NCBI GenBank assembly: GCA_045538895.1
Contig: JAZQEH010000078.1
Location: 7,586 to 71,585, forward strand
Length of the DNA: 64,000 bases
From: Eubacteriales bacterium
GTDB taxonomy: Bacteria; Bacillota; Clostridia; Oscillospirales; CAG-272
Reading direction: 5' to 3'
In this document: in pieces, positions 38,241 through 47,615 of the stretch
How positions within the stretch are numbered: position 1 is the stretch's first letter
How the letters are laid out: the number at the start of each line of letters is the position of its first letter
Translations under genes and position numbers: made by a program
The notes under the pieces: generated by a model
Databases searched by the model: none
What the model saw: the letters and a program-made list of their open reading frames with translations, nothing else
Told to the model about the DNA's origin: nothing

Positions 38241-38960
38241 ATGAGAGCTTTATTACATTTAATAAATAGTTTTGTAAGTAAGGTTAAAAAGAAAATACTC
38301 GATACATATGACACGGTTGCATACGTTAACGGAGCTGAAACGTTGCCGCCGCCTTTAAGCGCCGAGGAAGAAGCCGCCGCTTTGAACGATGCAAATGACA
38401 GTTTTGCCGCCAGAAGTCTGTTGATAGAGCATAATCTGCGTCTTGTTGTGTACATAGCTAAAAAGTTTGAAAGCAGCGGTATCGGAATAGAAGATCTTGT
38501 TTCTATAGGCACAATAGGTCTGATTAAAGCGATAAACACGTTTAAACAGGACAAAAACAACAAACTGGCTACATACGCTTCTCGTTGTATAGAAAATGAG
38601 ATATTGATGTATATGCGCAAAAACAGTTCACGTAGGCTTGAGGTATCAATCGAGGAGCCGTTGAATGTTGATTGGGACGGGAATGAGCTTTTGCTTTCCG
38701 ACGTACTTGGCAGTGACGATGATATGGTCTATAGAAATATTGAAGATGCAGAGGAGCGGAAAATTGTTCACGAGGCGGTGAAACTGCTAAGTCCGAGAGA
38801 GAGAGTAATAATCGAACTTCGTTACGGATTGTCAGGCGGCAAGGAGAAAACGCAGAAAGAGGTAGCGGATATGCTTGGAATATCACAATCGTATATTTCA
38901 AGGCTCGAAAAGAAAATAATAGACCGATTAAAGGGTGAAGTTGACGGAAAATTCAAATAA
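38241..38960 (+). CDS. sigE: Sporulation sigma factor pro-SigE
   Basis: Pro-sequence followed by [13 protein letters not shown] (matching B. subtilis YIGGSEALPPPLS). Sigma-70 regions 2 and 4 are present, and spoIIGA lies upstream. ATG at 38241. Confidence 0.93.
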   Translation: MRALLHLINSFVSKVKKKILDTYDTVAYVNGAETLPPPLSAEEEAAALNDANDSFAARSLLIEHNLRLVVYIAKKFESSGIGIEDLVSIGTIGLIKAINTFKQDKNNKLATYASRCIENEILMYMRKNSSRRLEVSIEEPLNVDWDGNELLLSDVLGSDDDMVYRNIEDAEERKIVHEAVKLLSPRERVIIELRYGLSGGKEKTQKEVADMLGISQSYISRLEKKIIDRLKGEVDGKFK

Positions 38961-38994
38961 AGTCAGAAAAAAATAAAAAAAGTTAACAAAACTC

Positions 38995-39023
38995 TTGCAT
39001 TTTATAAATTTGTGTGTTATTAT
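38995..39023 (+). promoter_or_regulatory. Candidate sigma-A promoter for rpmE
   Basis: TTGCAT, 17-nt spacer, TGtTATTAT extended -10. Confidence 0.55.
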
Positions 39024-39062
39024 AAGGCGTATTGTGATTACTAATGTAAAGGGGTGCTAAAA

Positions 39063-39266
39063 ATGAAACAGGGTATCCATCCGGAATATAATGTTGTTAC
39101 CGTAAAGTGTGCATGTGGTGCTGAATATACCACTCGTTCTACCAAGAGCGATGTTAAGGTTGAAATTTGCTCCAAGTGCCATCCTTTCTTCACGGGCAAG
39201 CAGAAGTTCGTTGATGCCGGCGGACGCGTTGACAAGTTCAAGAAGCGTCTTAGCATGGTTAAATAA
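39063..39266 (+). CDS. rpmE: 50S ribosomal protein L31 (zinc-binding type A)
   Basis: [16 protein letters not shown]...[10 protein letters not shown], with both Cys pairs present. Confidence 0.95.
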   Translation: MKQGIHPEYNVVTVKCACGAEYTTRSTKSDVKVEICSKCHPFFTGKQKFVDAGGRVDKFKKRLSMVK

Positions 39267-39289
39267 TTCTCGGAAGTTTGCTTTGAAAT

Positions 39290-39332
39290 GGGTAAGTGAA
39301 CGCTTTGCGGTCATTTACCCTTTTTATTTTTT
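39290..39332 (+). terminator. Rho-independent terminator after rpmE, 18 nt before the hflX start (possible attenuator)
   Basis: GGGTAAGTGA...TCATTTACCC stem (one mismatch) followed by TTTTTATTTTTT. Confidence 0.7.
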
Positions 39333-39350
39333 CAAAAAGCGAGGCAAATT

Positions 39351-40604
39351 ATGGAAGAAAATAAATTGACACAGGCCGTGCTTGTCGGTGTTGCTAAAAA
39401 AGGTTATGACAACGGTGAGTGTGAAAAGAGCCTTGAGGAACTTGAACGTCTTCTTGATACTGCGGGGGGCATCGCTTTTGCCAAGATGATTCAATCGAAA
39501 GAGAGCGAGAACCCAAAAACCTGTATCGGAAGCGGTAAACTTGAAGAGCTAAAAGAACTGTGTCTTAATAATGATATTCATCTGGCTATTTTTGATACGG
39601 AGCTATCTCCTGCGCAAATACGTAATATTGAGGATGCACTTGAGGATGTTGATGTCATTGACAGAAGCATGCTGATTCTTGATATTTTTGCTCTGCATGC
39701 CACAAGTGCGGAGGGTAAGCTTCAGGTTGAACTTGCACAGTTAAGATATACTGCCCCCCGACTTATCGGTAAGGGTAAGCAGCTTTCAAGACAGGAAGGA
39801 CGTATCGGTACCCGAGGACCCGGTGAATCCAAACTCGAAACTGATAGACGTCATCTTGCGAGACGTGCCATGGCACTTGAGGAAGCGATACGTGATATAG
39901 AGCGTACACGTGCTACCATGCGTGCTTCCCGTGAAAGAAGCGGTCTTAAAAAGGTTGCTATCGTCGGATACACCAATGCCGGAAAATCCACATTGCTCAA
40001 TAGACTTACCGATGCCGGTGTGCTTGCAGAGAATAAGCTTTTTGCAACGCTTGACTCTACAACAAGAAAATTAACTCTGCCCGAGGGAACAGAAGTTCTG
40101 ATTTCGGACACTGTCGGCTTTATCCGCAAGCTTCCGCATCATTTGATTAAAGCATTCCGCTCTACACTTGATGAGCTTAAATATGCAGATATTCTTGTTG
40201 TTCTATCCGATGCATCGGACGACGAATGTGCAGAGCAGTTAAAGGTTACAACAGATTTGATTGTTCAGCTTGGTGCAGGGGATAAGCCCGTGCTTTACGT
40301 ATTTAATAAAGCGGATATGGCAAATGATGGCATGATGTTTATTGGCGACAAGCCCCGCGACGCTGTGTTTATTTCTGCTCTTACGGGCATGGGAGTTGAT
40401 AAATTCCTTGAAATGCTCGAGGAACTGGCTCGTGCCGGTACACGAAGATGTGTTTTGCATATACCCATGACAGAACAAGCCGTTCTCGGTCAGCTATACA
40501 AGCTTGCTACTGTTGAAGAAGTAGATTACTGCGATGACTATGTAAAAGTAACTGCGGTGCTTGATACAAGAGCGCAGGGTACTTTCAAAAAATATATAGT
40601 TTGA
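39351..40604 (+). CDS. hflX: Ribosome-associated GTPase HflX
   Basis: HflX N-domain (IFDTELSPAQIRNIE; LQVELAQLRY) and G-domain GYTNAGKSTLLN, DTVGF, NKAD. Confidence 0.95.
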   Translation: MEENKLTQAVLVGVAKKGYDNGECEKSLEELERLLDTAGGIAFAKMIQSKESENPKTCIGSGKLEELKELCLNNDIHLAIFDTELSPAQIRNIEDALEDVDVIDRSMLILDIFALHATSAEGKLQVELAQLRYTAPRLIGKGKQLSRQEGRIGTRGPGESKLETDRRHLARRAMALEEAIRDIERTRATMRASRERSGLKKVAIVGYTNAGKSTLLNRLTDAGVLAENKLFATLDSTTRKLTLPEGTEVLISDTVGFIRKLPHHLIKAFRSTLDELKYADILVVLSDASDDECAEQLKVTTDLIVQLGAGDKPVLYVFNKADMANDGMMFIGDKPRDAVFISALTGMGVDKFLEMLEELARAGTRRCVLHIPMTEQAVLGQLYKLATVEEVDYCDDYVKVTAVLDTRAQGTFKKYIV

Positions 40605-40611
40605 GGGATTT

Positions 40612-41238
40612 ATGAGTAACGAAAAACTCTATACAACTCTTCTTGGAGAAGGTACTGATATATATGAAGAAAAACGCTCTGAATTTATCGGAGTGGCTGC
40701 CCATATTGATAGTGAAGCTGATGCTTTGCAGCTTGTGAAACGTATAAAGGCAGAGCATTATGATGCAAGGCACAATGTATATGCATATGTGTGTTCTTCG
40801 GGCAATGTGCAAAGGTACAGCGATGACGGTGAGCCGCAGGGAACTGCCGGAATCCCCGTTCTTGATGTTATACGAAAATCCGGCCTTGAGGATGTTTGCG
40901 TAGTGGTAACTCGTTATTTCGGAGGAATTCTGCTTGGTGCAGGCGGTCTTGTCCGTGCTTATACTGCTGCTGCGAAGCTTGCAATCGACAATGCCGGCAT
41001 CGTCACTTATCAAACTTATGCGAAAATCCGTATGGAACTAAACTATGCCGATTATCAGAAAATACTTGCAAAACTGCCAATCTTCGAAGCGAAAATTGAT
41101 AATACTGATTTTGGCAGTGAGGTTGTCCTTGATATTGCAATCCGAGCAACCGATGAAGAACGCTTTTTTACGTATGTCAAAGAGTTGTTTAACAATAAGG
41201 TTTCGCCCATTCATATCGGTGAACGGTTTGATAAATAA
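40612..41238 (+). CDS. yigZ: YigZ/IMPACT-family protein (UPF0029)
   Basis: KRSEFIGVA..., ARHNVYAY, DDGEPQGTAGIPVLDVI, TRYFGGILLGAGGLVRAY. Confidence 0.85.
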   Translation: MSNEKLYTTLLGEGTDIYEEKRSEFIGVAAHIDSEADALQLVKRIKAEHYDARHNVYAYVCSSGNVQRYSDDGEPQGTAGIPVLDVIRKSGLEDVCVVVTRYFGGILLGAGGLVRAYTAAAKLAIDNAGIVTYQTYAKIRMELNYADYQKILAKLPIFEAKIDNTDFGSEVVLDIAIRATDEERFFTYVKELFNNKVSPIHIGERFDK

Positions 41239-41253
41239 AAATTTATATAAAAA

Positions 41254-41296
41254 ATACGCACAAAAGAGGATTTTTCCGATTTTGTGCGTATATTAT
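41254..41296 (+). terminator. Terminator-like hairpin after yigZ (weak T-tail)
   Basis: 12-bp stem ATACGCACAAAA/TTTTGTGCGTAT. The downstream tract is ATTATT rather than a clean T-run. Confidence 0.5.
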
Positions 41297-41334
41297 TGTC
41301 GAATGAATAGAAAACAACAAGGGAGTGGGTAAAA

Positions 41335-42351
41335 ATGTCTGAAAGAATAGCTGATATTTTCCTCATGCGTGAGGAGCAAACTTTATCGCCGTTTGCTTTT
41401 TTGACAAAGAATACAAAAGGTCGCGATCACCCGTATGTACCTTGTGAAAACCGAACTGAGTTTCAACGTGACCGTGACAGAATTATCCATTCAAAGTCGT
41501 TCCGTCGTTTGATGCACAAAACGCAGGTGTTTTTATCTCCTACTGATGAGCATTACCGTACAAGAATGACGCATACGCTTGAAGTTACGCAGGTAGCCCG
41601 CATTATTGCCCGTGCACTTTGTCTTAACGAGGATTTGACAGAAGCGGCGGCAATGGGACACGATCTTGGCCATACTCCTTTTGGACATGCCGGTGAGGCG
41701 GCAATGCAGAAGTGCTTTTCACAAGAATTTACTCACTATCGTCAAGGAATCAGAGTTGTTGAAAAACTTGAGCATGACGGTGCGGGACTTAACTTAACGT
41801 ATGAAGTACGTGACGGTATTTTGCATCACACCGGGGAAGCTTTGGCGAGCACACTTGAAGGCGTGATTGTTAAATTCGCCGACAGAATTGCCTACATAAA
41901 CCACGATATTGATGATGCAATCCGTGCGGGTATTCTTGAAATCGGTGATATCCCAAGAGAACTTACCGATGTTCTTGGAACCGGACACAGCGAACGTATT
42001 AATAAGATGGTAACTTCTGTTATCAAAGCCAGTACAAATCAGCCGTTTATAAAGTTTACCGATGAAATTGGAGAAGCAACATTAAAGCTCCGCAAGTTTT
42101 TGTTTGAAAACGTATATACTAATCCTATTGCTAAATCAGAGGAAAACAAAGCACAGGAGCTTTTGGCAAGACTCTTTGATTATTATGTAAAGAATCCCAA
42201 CGAAATGCCCGAGCTGTATTTCAGAAATACGGCTACCGAACCGGTTGAACGTTGCGTTTGCGATTTCGTTTCGAGCATGACTGACCGTTTTGCAATCAAT
42301 AGATATTCCGAACTCTTTATTCCCGAGGTTTGGAGAGGAAAGCAACTATGA
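41335..42351 (+). CDS. dGTPase-like HD-domain triphosphohydrolase
   Basis: FQRDRDRIIHSKSFRRL, HTLEVTQVAR, and GHDLGHTPFGH motifs of the Dgt family. It precedes dnaG, as is common in Clostridia. Confidence 0.9.
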   Translation: MSERIADIFLMREEQTLSPFAFLTKNTKGRDHPYVPCENRTEFQRDRDRIIHSKSFRRLMHKTQVFLSPTDEHYRTRMTHTLEVTQVARIIARALCLNEDLTEAAAMGHDLGHTPFGHAGEAAMQKCFSQEFTHYRQGIRVVEKLEHDGAGLNLTYEVRDGILHHTGEALASTLEGVIVKFADRIAYINHDIDDAIRAGILEIGDIPRELTDVLGTGHSERINKMVTSVIKASTNQPFIKFTDEIGEATLKLRKFLFENVYTNPIAKSEENKAQELLARLFDYYVKNPNEMPELYFRNTATEPVERCVCDFVSSMTDRFAINRYSELFIPEVWRGKQL

Positions 42352-44105
42352 TTGACAGTCAGGTTATAGAAGAAATCAAGTCACGCAATGATATAGTTGA
42401 TGTAATCTCGTCATATGTATCATTGAAACGTGCCGGCTCAAATATGCAAGGACTTTGTCCGTTTCACTCGGAGAAAAGCCCTTCGTTTACTGTGTTTACA
42501 GCAACTCAAGGCTATTACTGTTTTGGTTGCGGCGCCGGCGGAGACGTAATAACTTTTGTCAGACAAATCGAGAATCTTGATTATGTTTCATCTCTTGAAT
42601 TCCTTGCAAAACGTGCAGGCGTAACAATCCCCGAAGACACGAGCCGCCGAGAAAAAAACGGCTTTGATCGTAACAGAATGCTTGCGATGAACCGTGATGC
42701 CGCTAGATTCTTTCGTGAATGCCTTTTTGATGAAAAGCTTGGCAAGGAAGCACTTGCATACTTGCAACGGCGTGGTCTTAACTCTGCTACCATAAAGCGG
42801 TTTGGCATCGGTTTTTCGCCAAATGATTTTTCCGCTTTAACAAAGCATATGCGTTCACTTGGCTATACAGAGGAGGAGCTTATTGCAGGATTCCTGTGCG
42901 GAAGAAGCCAGAAATACGGCAGTTTGTTTGATTATTTCCGCAACCGTATTATGTTCCCGATTATAGACGTGTCGGGCAACGTAATCGCATTTGGCGGTAG
43001 AGTTATGGATGATTCTCAGCCCAAATACCTGAACTCGTCCGACACTCCGGTATTTAAGAAGAGTAAAAACCTTTTCGCTTTGAATTTCGCACGTACTGCA
43101 TGTTCTGAAGAACTCATCCTTTGCGAAGGATATATGGACGTTATCGCACTGCATGCTGCCGGTTTTACCAATGCGGTTGCGACACTCGGTACAGCAATAA
43201 CTGCTGAGCAGGCACGTATTATGTCCAGATACACAAAAAAAGTTCTGATATCATATGACAGCGACGCTGCAGGTCAAAAGGCAGCAAACCGTGCGATTGG
43301 TATTCTGGGTGAAGTCGGACTCGATGTGCGTGTGCTGAAAATCAAAGATGCCAAGGATCCGGATGAATATATCAAAAAATTCGGTGCAGCAAGCTTCAAC
43401 GAGATACTTACTGCTTCACGAGGAAAGTTTGAATATAACATGGACAGTGTGCTTGCACGTCATGACATCAGTATTCCCGATGAAAAGATTAAAGCCTGTG
43501 CAGAACTTTGTGCAATGATTGCCGATATATATTCGAGTGCAGAACGTGAGGTTTATATCAGTGCTGTTTCGGACAAGCTGAATATTCCTAAAGACAGTAT
43601 ACGCTCGGATATCAATCGGATTTTGAAGAAAAAACGAAGTGAACTGAAAAAGCAAGAATCTCAAAAGATTATTCGGCAAAGTGCAGGATACGGTGACCGT
43701 GTTAATCCGGATTATGCAAAGAACATAGCTGCTGCTAAAGCCGAAGAAAGTGTTTTGGGAATGCTGTTGCTTTATCCTGAATACAGAAAACAAGTTTCAG
43801 AGGGTAAATGCGAACTGACAGAGCAGGATTTCTTTACTGATTTTGGGAAGCGTGTTTTTAAAGCGATTATGGATATGTCGCAAAACGGTAATTTCGAAAT
43901 CGGTTTGCTTGGCGAGTTCTTTTCCCCGGAGGAGCTGGGAAGAATCATGCGAATTCAGCTTTCACGCAGTCAACTCAGCGATAACGGAAATGAAGCGTTT
44001 GCCGAGAGTGTTGCTGCTTTAAAGCGCGAAACGGCATTTGCGGACTCCGATGATTCTGTTGATAACATACTTGATATAATTAAAAACAAAAGAAATAATA
44101 CATAA
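42348..44105 (+). CDS. dnaG: DNA primase
   Basis: Zinc-ribbon [13 protein letters not shown]...CFGCGAGGD and Toprim region [11 protein letters not shown] overlap with the upstream gene. Confidence 0.96.
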   Translation: MIDSQVIEEIKSRNDIVDVISSYVSLKRAGSNMQGLCPFHSEKSPSFTVFTATQGYYCFGCGAGGDVITFVRQIENLDYVSSLEFLAKRAGVTIPEDTSRREKNGFDRNRMLAMNRDAARFFRECLFDEKLGKEALAYLQRRGLNSATIKRFGIGFSPNDFSALTKHMRSLGYTEEELIAGFLCGRSQKYGSLFDYFRNRIMFPIIDVSGNVIAFGGRVMDDSQPKYLNSSDTPVFKKSKNLFALNFARTACSEELILCEGYMDVIALHAAGFTNAVATLGTAITAEQARIMSRYTKKVLISYDSDAAGQKAANRAIGILGEVGLDVRVLKIKDAKDPDEYIKKFGAASFNEILTASRGKFEYNMDSVLARHDISIPDEKIKACAELCAMIADIYSSAEREVYISAVSDKLNIPKDSIRSDINRILKKKRSELKKQESQKIIRQSAGYGDRVNPDYAKNIAAAKAEESVLGMLLLYPEYRKQVSEGKCELTEQDFFTDFGKRVFKAIMDMSQNGNFEIGLLGEFFSPEELGRIMRIQLSRSQLSDNGNEAFAESVAALKRETAFADSDDSVDNILDIIKNKRNNT

Positions 44106-44130
44106 TGCTTTAAGCATGAAAGGAAATTTG

Positions 44131-45243
44131 ATGAGTAACGAAGGTCAGAAGAAAATTGATGTGAACGAGCTTATTGAACGCGGTAAGGCAAAAGGTTCGC
44201 TCAGCAATGCCGAAATTCTTGAGGTTCTTGAGGATTGCGACATCGAACAAATGGAAAAGATTTACGAGCTTATCGAAAGCAACGGAATCGAAATCACCGG
44301 ATTTGATACTGTAGATATCGACGATATCGCAGACATTGATGCAGAAGCCGAAGAGATTGAGGAAATCGAAAGCACCGAGGACGTTGAGAAGATTCTTTCT
44401 CAGGAAGGGCTTGCGATTGATGACCCTGTAAGAATGTATCTCAAGGAAATCGGTAAGATACCGCTTCTCGATGCGGAAAAGGAAACCGAACTTGCAGAAC
44501 GTATCAGTCGTGGCGACGAAAAGGCTAAAAACGAACTTGTTGAAGCCAATCTTCGCTTGGTTGTAAGCATTGCAAAACGCTATGTGGGCAAAGGCATGTT
44601 TTTCCTTGACCTTATTCAGGAGGGCAACCTCGGCCTTATGAAAGCGGTTGATAAGTTCGATTATCAAAAGGGCTATAAGTTCTCTACTTATGCTACATGG
44701 TGGATAAGACAGGCTATTACACGTGCTATTGCAGACCAGGCTCGTACTATCCGTATTCCCGTTCATATGGTTGAGACCATTCATAAGGTTTCCCGTTATT
44801 CACGTCAGTTGCTTCAGGAACTCGGACATGAGGCGACCGCTGATGAGATTGCTGAAAAGATGGGAATGAGTGCCGATAAAGTAAGAGAGATTCTTAAAAT
44901 TGCGCAGGATCCCGTTTCTCTTGAAACTCCTATCGGCGAGGAAGAGGATAGCCATCTTGGTGACTTTATCGAGGACTATGATTCTCCCGCTCCTGCTGAA
45001 ACTGCATCTTATGCACTTCTCAGAAAGCATCTATGTGCGGTTCTTCACACATTGACTCCCCGTGAGGAGCACGTGCTTAAACTCCGCTTTGGTCTTGAGG
45101 ACGGCAGAACCAGAACGCTTGAGGAAGTGGGCAAAGAATTTGATATTACACGTGAGCGTATCCGTCAGATTGAGGCAAAAGCACTTCGTAAATTGCGTCA
45201 TCCCAGCCGCTCCAAGCGTTTGAGAGATTACCTCGATCAGTAA
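44131..45243 (+). CDS. rpoD: Primary sigma factor RpoD/SigA
   Basis: Regions 1.2-4.2 are present, including [14 protein letters not shown] and [30 protein letters not shown]. The alternative start at 44116 has poorer RBS spacing. Confidence 0.97.
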   Translation: MSNEGQKKIDVNELIERGKAKGSLSNAEILEVLEDCDIEQMEKIYELIESNGIEITGFDTVDIDDIADIDAEAEEIEEIESTEDVEKILSQEGLAIDDPVRMYLKEIGKIPLLDAEKETELAERISRGDEKAKNELVEANLRLVVSIAKRYVGKGMFFLDLIQEGNLGLMKAVDKFDYQKGYKFSTYATWWIRQAITRAIADQARTIRIPVHMVETIHKVSRYSRQLLQELGHEATADEIAEKMGMSADKVREILKIAQDPVSLETPIGEEEDSHLGDFIEDYDSPAPAETASYALLRKHLCAVLHTLTPREEHVLKLRFGLEDGRTRTLEEVGKEFDITRERIRQIEAKALRKLRHPSRSKRLRDYLDQ

Positions 45244-45273
45244 TAAAATAATAAATATTATAAGTTTTATACC

Positions 45274-45302
45274 TTGACATATGGGCTGTTTCGGTGTAAA
45301 AT
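45274..45302 (+). promoter_or_regulatory. Candidate sigma-A promoter for the lipoprotein gene
   Basis: TTGACA, 17-nt spacer, TAAAAT. Confidence 0.55.
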
Positions 45303-45348
45303 ATTAGAAGTGTATTTTGCCCTTTTATAAACTTTAGGAGGAATTATA

Positions 45349-47574
45349 ATGAGAACAAAACTCATTTGTTTAATGCTCTGTTTGGTAGCATTAATGACTA
45401 TGGCTTTTTCAGGATGTAGCGGCGAACCTGTTGAAACCGGTTCTGAAAAGGAAGAACAGCAGTCTGCTCGTACGCCTGTTACTGTAAACATGTGGCTTGT
45501 TTCTGAAAAAGAAGTTGATGCAGAAACAGAAGCGGCTATTGAGAGTGCTTTCAATTCTCTTACACAGTCTAAATTCACAACCAAAGTTGATTTGATTTTC
45601 ATGACTGCTGACGAGTATTTTGATGTTCTTGATGAAAATCTTGTTGCAGCAGCACAGTATAAGCTTGACAATTCTGCTTCCGGTTTCCCGATGTTCGGTT
45701 TCGGTGCCGAGGAAACTACCGAAACAGTTGAAGAGACTACCGTTGAAACTGTTACCAATGAACTCGGTCAGCACTTGCTTAAGTACCCCGACGTTGCTGA
45801 GGGCCAGATGGATATTATCTTCCTTTCCGGCGAAGATTTGCTTGAAAGATATGTTTCCGAGGGCAAGATCCTTTCACTTGAAGAAAAACTCAATTCTTCT
45901 GATGCAAAGGTTTTGAGAGATTGCATTTATCCCTCTGCATTGGATAAGATCAGAATTTCAAACGGTACCAGCTCACAGGCATACGCTATTCCTAACAATA
46001 CTGTTATCGGCGACTATACATACATGCTCGTTAACAAGGAAATGGCTGAAAAATACTATATTGATCTTGAAGAGATCAATACCTTTGCAGACTGTGCAGC
46101 TTTGATTGCTGATATCGGTGCAAACGAGAGTATCGCTCCGGTTCTGGCTTATACCGATCCTGTAAACATGCAGTATTGGCTTGACTTTGCAGCAGAGGAA
46201 GATAACGGTGCAACCTTTACTTTCGCTGCAGGTAGTACAGATGCAAATATTTTCGGTGCTAACAAAAAGCTTGTTATGGCTCCTTTTGAGGCGGGTAACA
46301 CCGTTATGGTTCCCGTTCAGGCTTTTGCTGAAGGACTTGGCGCAAAGTATGCATGGAGTGCCGCTACCTCTACAGTAACTCTTACATACGGTTCGAGAAA
46401 GGCAGTTGTTGTAAGCGGTGCAAATACCGCTACAGTAAACGGAAACACTGTTGCACTTTCACAGACTGCATATTTCGATGCAGACAATGCAGTATTCATG
46501 GTACCTGTTGATTTTGTACTTGATACTTTGTGTGCTACTATGACATATGATGATGTCGCTAATCAGTACGTAATCACCAAAAAGGATTACAATATGTCTG
46601 TTCTTGCATCTTATATTGACGGTTCTGCCGCTTACGGTGACCGTATGGAAATGAATTCGGTATTCGCTATTCCTGAGTTTACCGAGCATATGGTTCTTAT
46701 GGCAAAGTGCGAGGAGAACGGTTGGTTCGCTGAAAATCCCGAAACAACCGAGGACTTCGGTGTAGCTATTCTCACCGGTGCTTATGAAACCATGGAACAG
46801 TATAAGGATAAGTATGATGTTAAGATCCTTTCTTATCCTGTACTTGATGAAGCCGATGTTTATGATGCAATGTTTGCAGTTACCAATTATACCGTTAACA
46901 TTGACAGAGCACTTGAAATTCTTACTCTCATTTATACCAATACCGAAGCAAAGAACATTCTTCAGTACGGTGTAGAGGGCGTTCACTATGAGTTTGACGA
47001 TGACGGTCAGTTTGTGATTATCAGTGATGACTATTGCATGAATAATGATACTCTCGGTAATGCGTTCCTTGCATATACAGAGGATAAAGTTGATCCCGAT
47101 ACATGGACTGTAGCAAAAGAAAACAATCTTCCTGCATCTGTTTGGGCAGATGAAATTGCGGCAAACCTCGAGTCAAGAGTTTTTGCTTTCTTCGGTCTTG
47201 ATGATTCTTGGGTAAACGTAGGCCCGAGACACATTACAGAACTTACCAAGGTTTCTAACGATTACATGGATAGAATGGAAGCTTGTGGTAGCAGTGAAGA
47301 GCTTGCTGCTTTCTTTGCACAGGCAAAAGCTGAACTTGATGTGTATGTTTATTTCCAGACACTCATTGGCAATCCTCCTGAACCCGATCCTGAAGATATC
47401 ATTGACGGTGAGGAACCCGAAGAAGACCTCACTACTCCTTATGCAGTATTTAGTGCATGGGGCGAGCCTATCTGGCCTGAAAAGGTAGAGGTTCCTGTTG
47501 AAACCGAAGCGGTTACGGAAACTTCTGCTCCCGAAGCTGAAGAAACCACTGCTTTAGTTGCTTCAGCAGAATAA
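45349..47574 (+). CDS. LipO-like extracellular solute-binding lipoprotein with an inserted copper-amine-oxidase-N-like (stalk) domain
   Basis: Signal peptide with lipobox MAFSGC. SBP family-1-like N-terminal lobe (VTVNMWLVSEKE...) and a C-terminal LQYGVEGVHYEFDDDG region as in LipO/DUF3502 proteins. Residues ~285-412 (VMVPVQAFAEGLGAKYAWSAATSTVTLTYG...TVNGNTVAL...VFMVPVDFV) resemble the stalk domain. Confidence 0.75.
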   Translation: MRTKLICLMLCLVALMTMAFSGCSGEPVETGSEKEEQQSARTPVTVNMWLVSEKEVDAETEAAIESAFNSLTQSKFTTKVDLIFMTADEYFDVLDENLVAAAQYKLDNSASGFPMFGFGAEETTETVEETTVETVTNELGQHLLKYPDVAEGQMDIIFLSGEDLLERYVSEGKILSLEEKLNSSDAKVLRDCIYPSALDKIRISNGTSSQAYAIPNNTVIGDYTYMLVNKEMAEKYYIDLEEINTFADCAALIADIGANESIAPVLAYTDPVNMQYWLDFAAEEDNGATFTFAAGSTDANIFGANKKLVMAPFEAGNTVMVPVQAFAEGLGAKYAWSAATSTVTLTYGSRKAVVVSGANTATVNGNTVALSQTAYFDADNAVFMVPVDFVLDTLCATMTYDDVANQYVITKKDYNMSVLASYIDGSAAYGDRMEMNSVFAIPEFTEHMVLMAKCEENGWFAENPETTEDFGVAILTGAYETMEQYKDKYDVKILSYPVLDEADVYDAMFAVTNYTVNIDRALEILTLIYTNTEAKNILQYGVEGVHYEFDDDGQFVIISDDYCMNNDTLGNAFLAYTEDKVDPDTWTVAKENNLPASVWADEIAANLESRVFAFFGLDDSWVNVGPRHITELTKVSNDYMDRMEACGSSEELAAFFAQAKAELDVYVYFQTLIGNPPEPDPEDIIDGEEPEEDLTTPYAVFSAWGEPIWPEKVEVPVETEAVTETSAPEAEETTALVASAE

Positions 47575-47585
47575 TATAAAGTTTT

Positions 47586-47615
47586 ACCGCCGTGCTTTTT
47601 GGCACGGCGGTTTTT
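47586..47615. terminator. Rho-independent terminator between convergent lipoprotein and desulfurase genes
   Basis: ACCGCCGTGC-tttttg-GCACGGCGGT followed by TTTTT. Confidence 0.8.

Noticed and set aside
41297-41303. Perfect Spo0A box TGTCGAA upstream of dgt-dnaG-rpoD, and near-matches upstream of spoIIGA (TGTCAAA at ~37305; CCGACAC at ~37327).
   Set aside because: A 7-mer is expected by chance several times in 64 kb, and identical copies occur inside plsX coding sequence (18301, 18337). I could not define a convincing spoIIG-type promoter geometry by eye, so I make no regulatory call.
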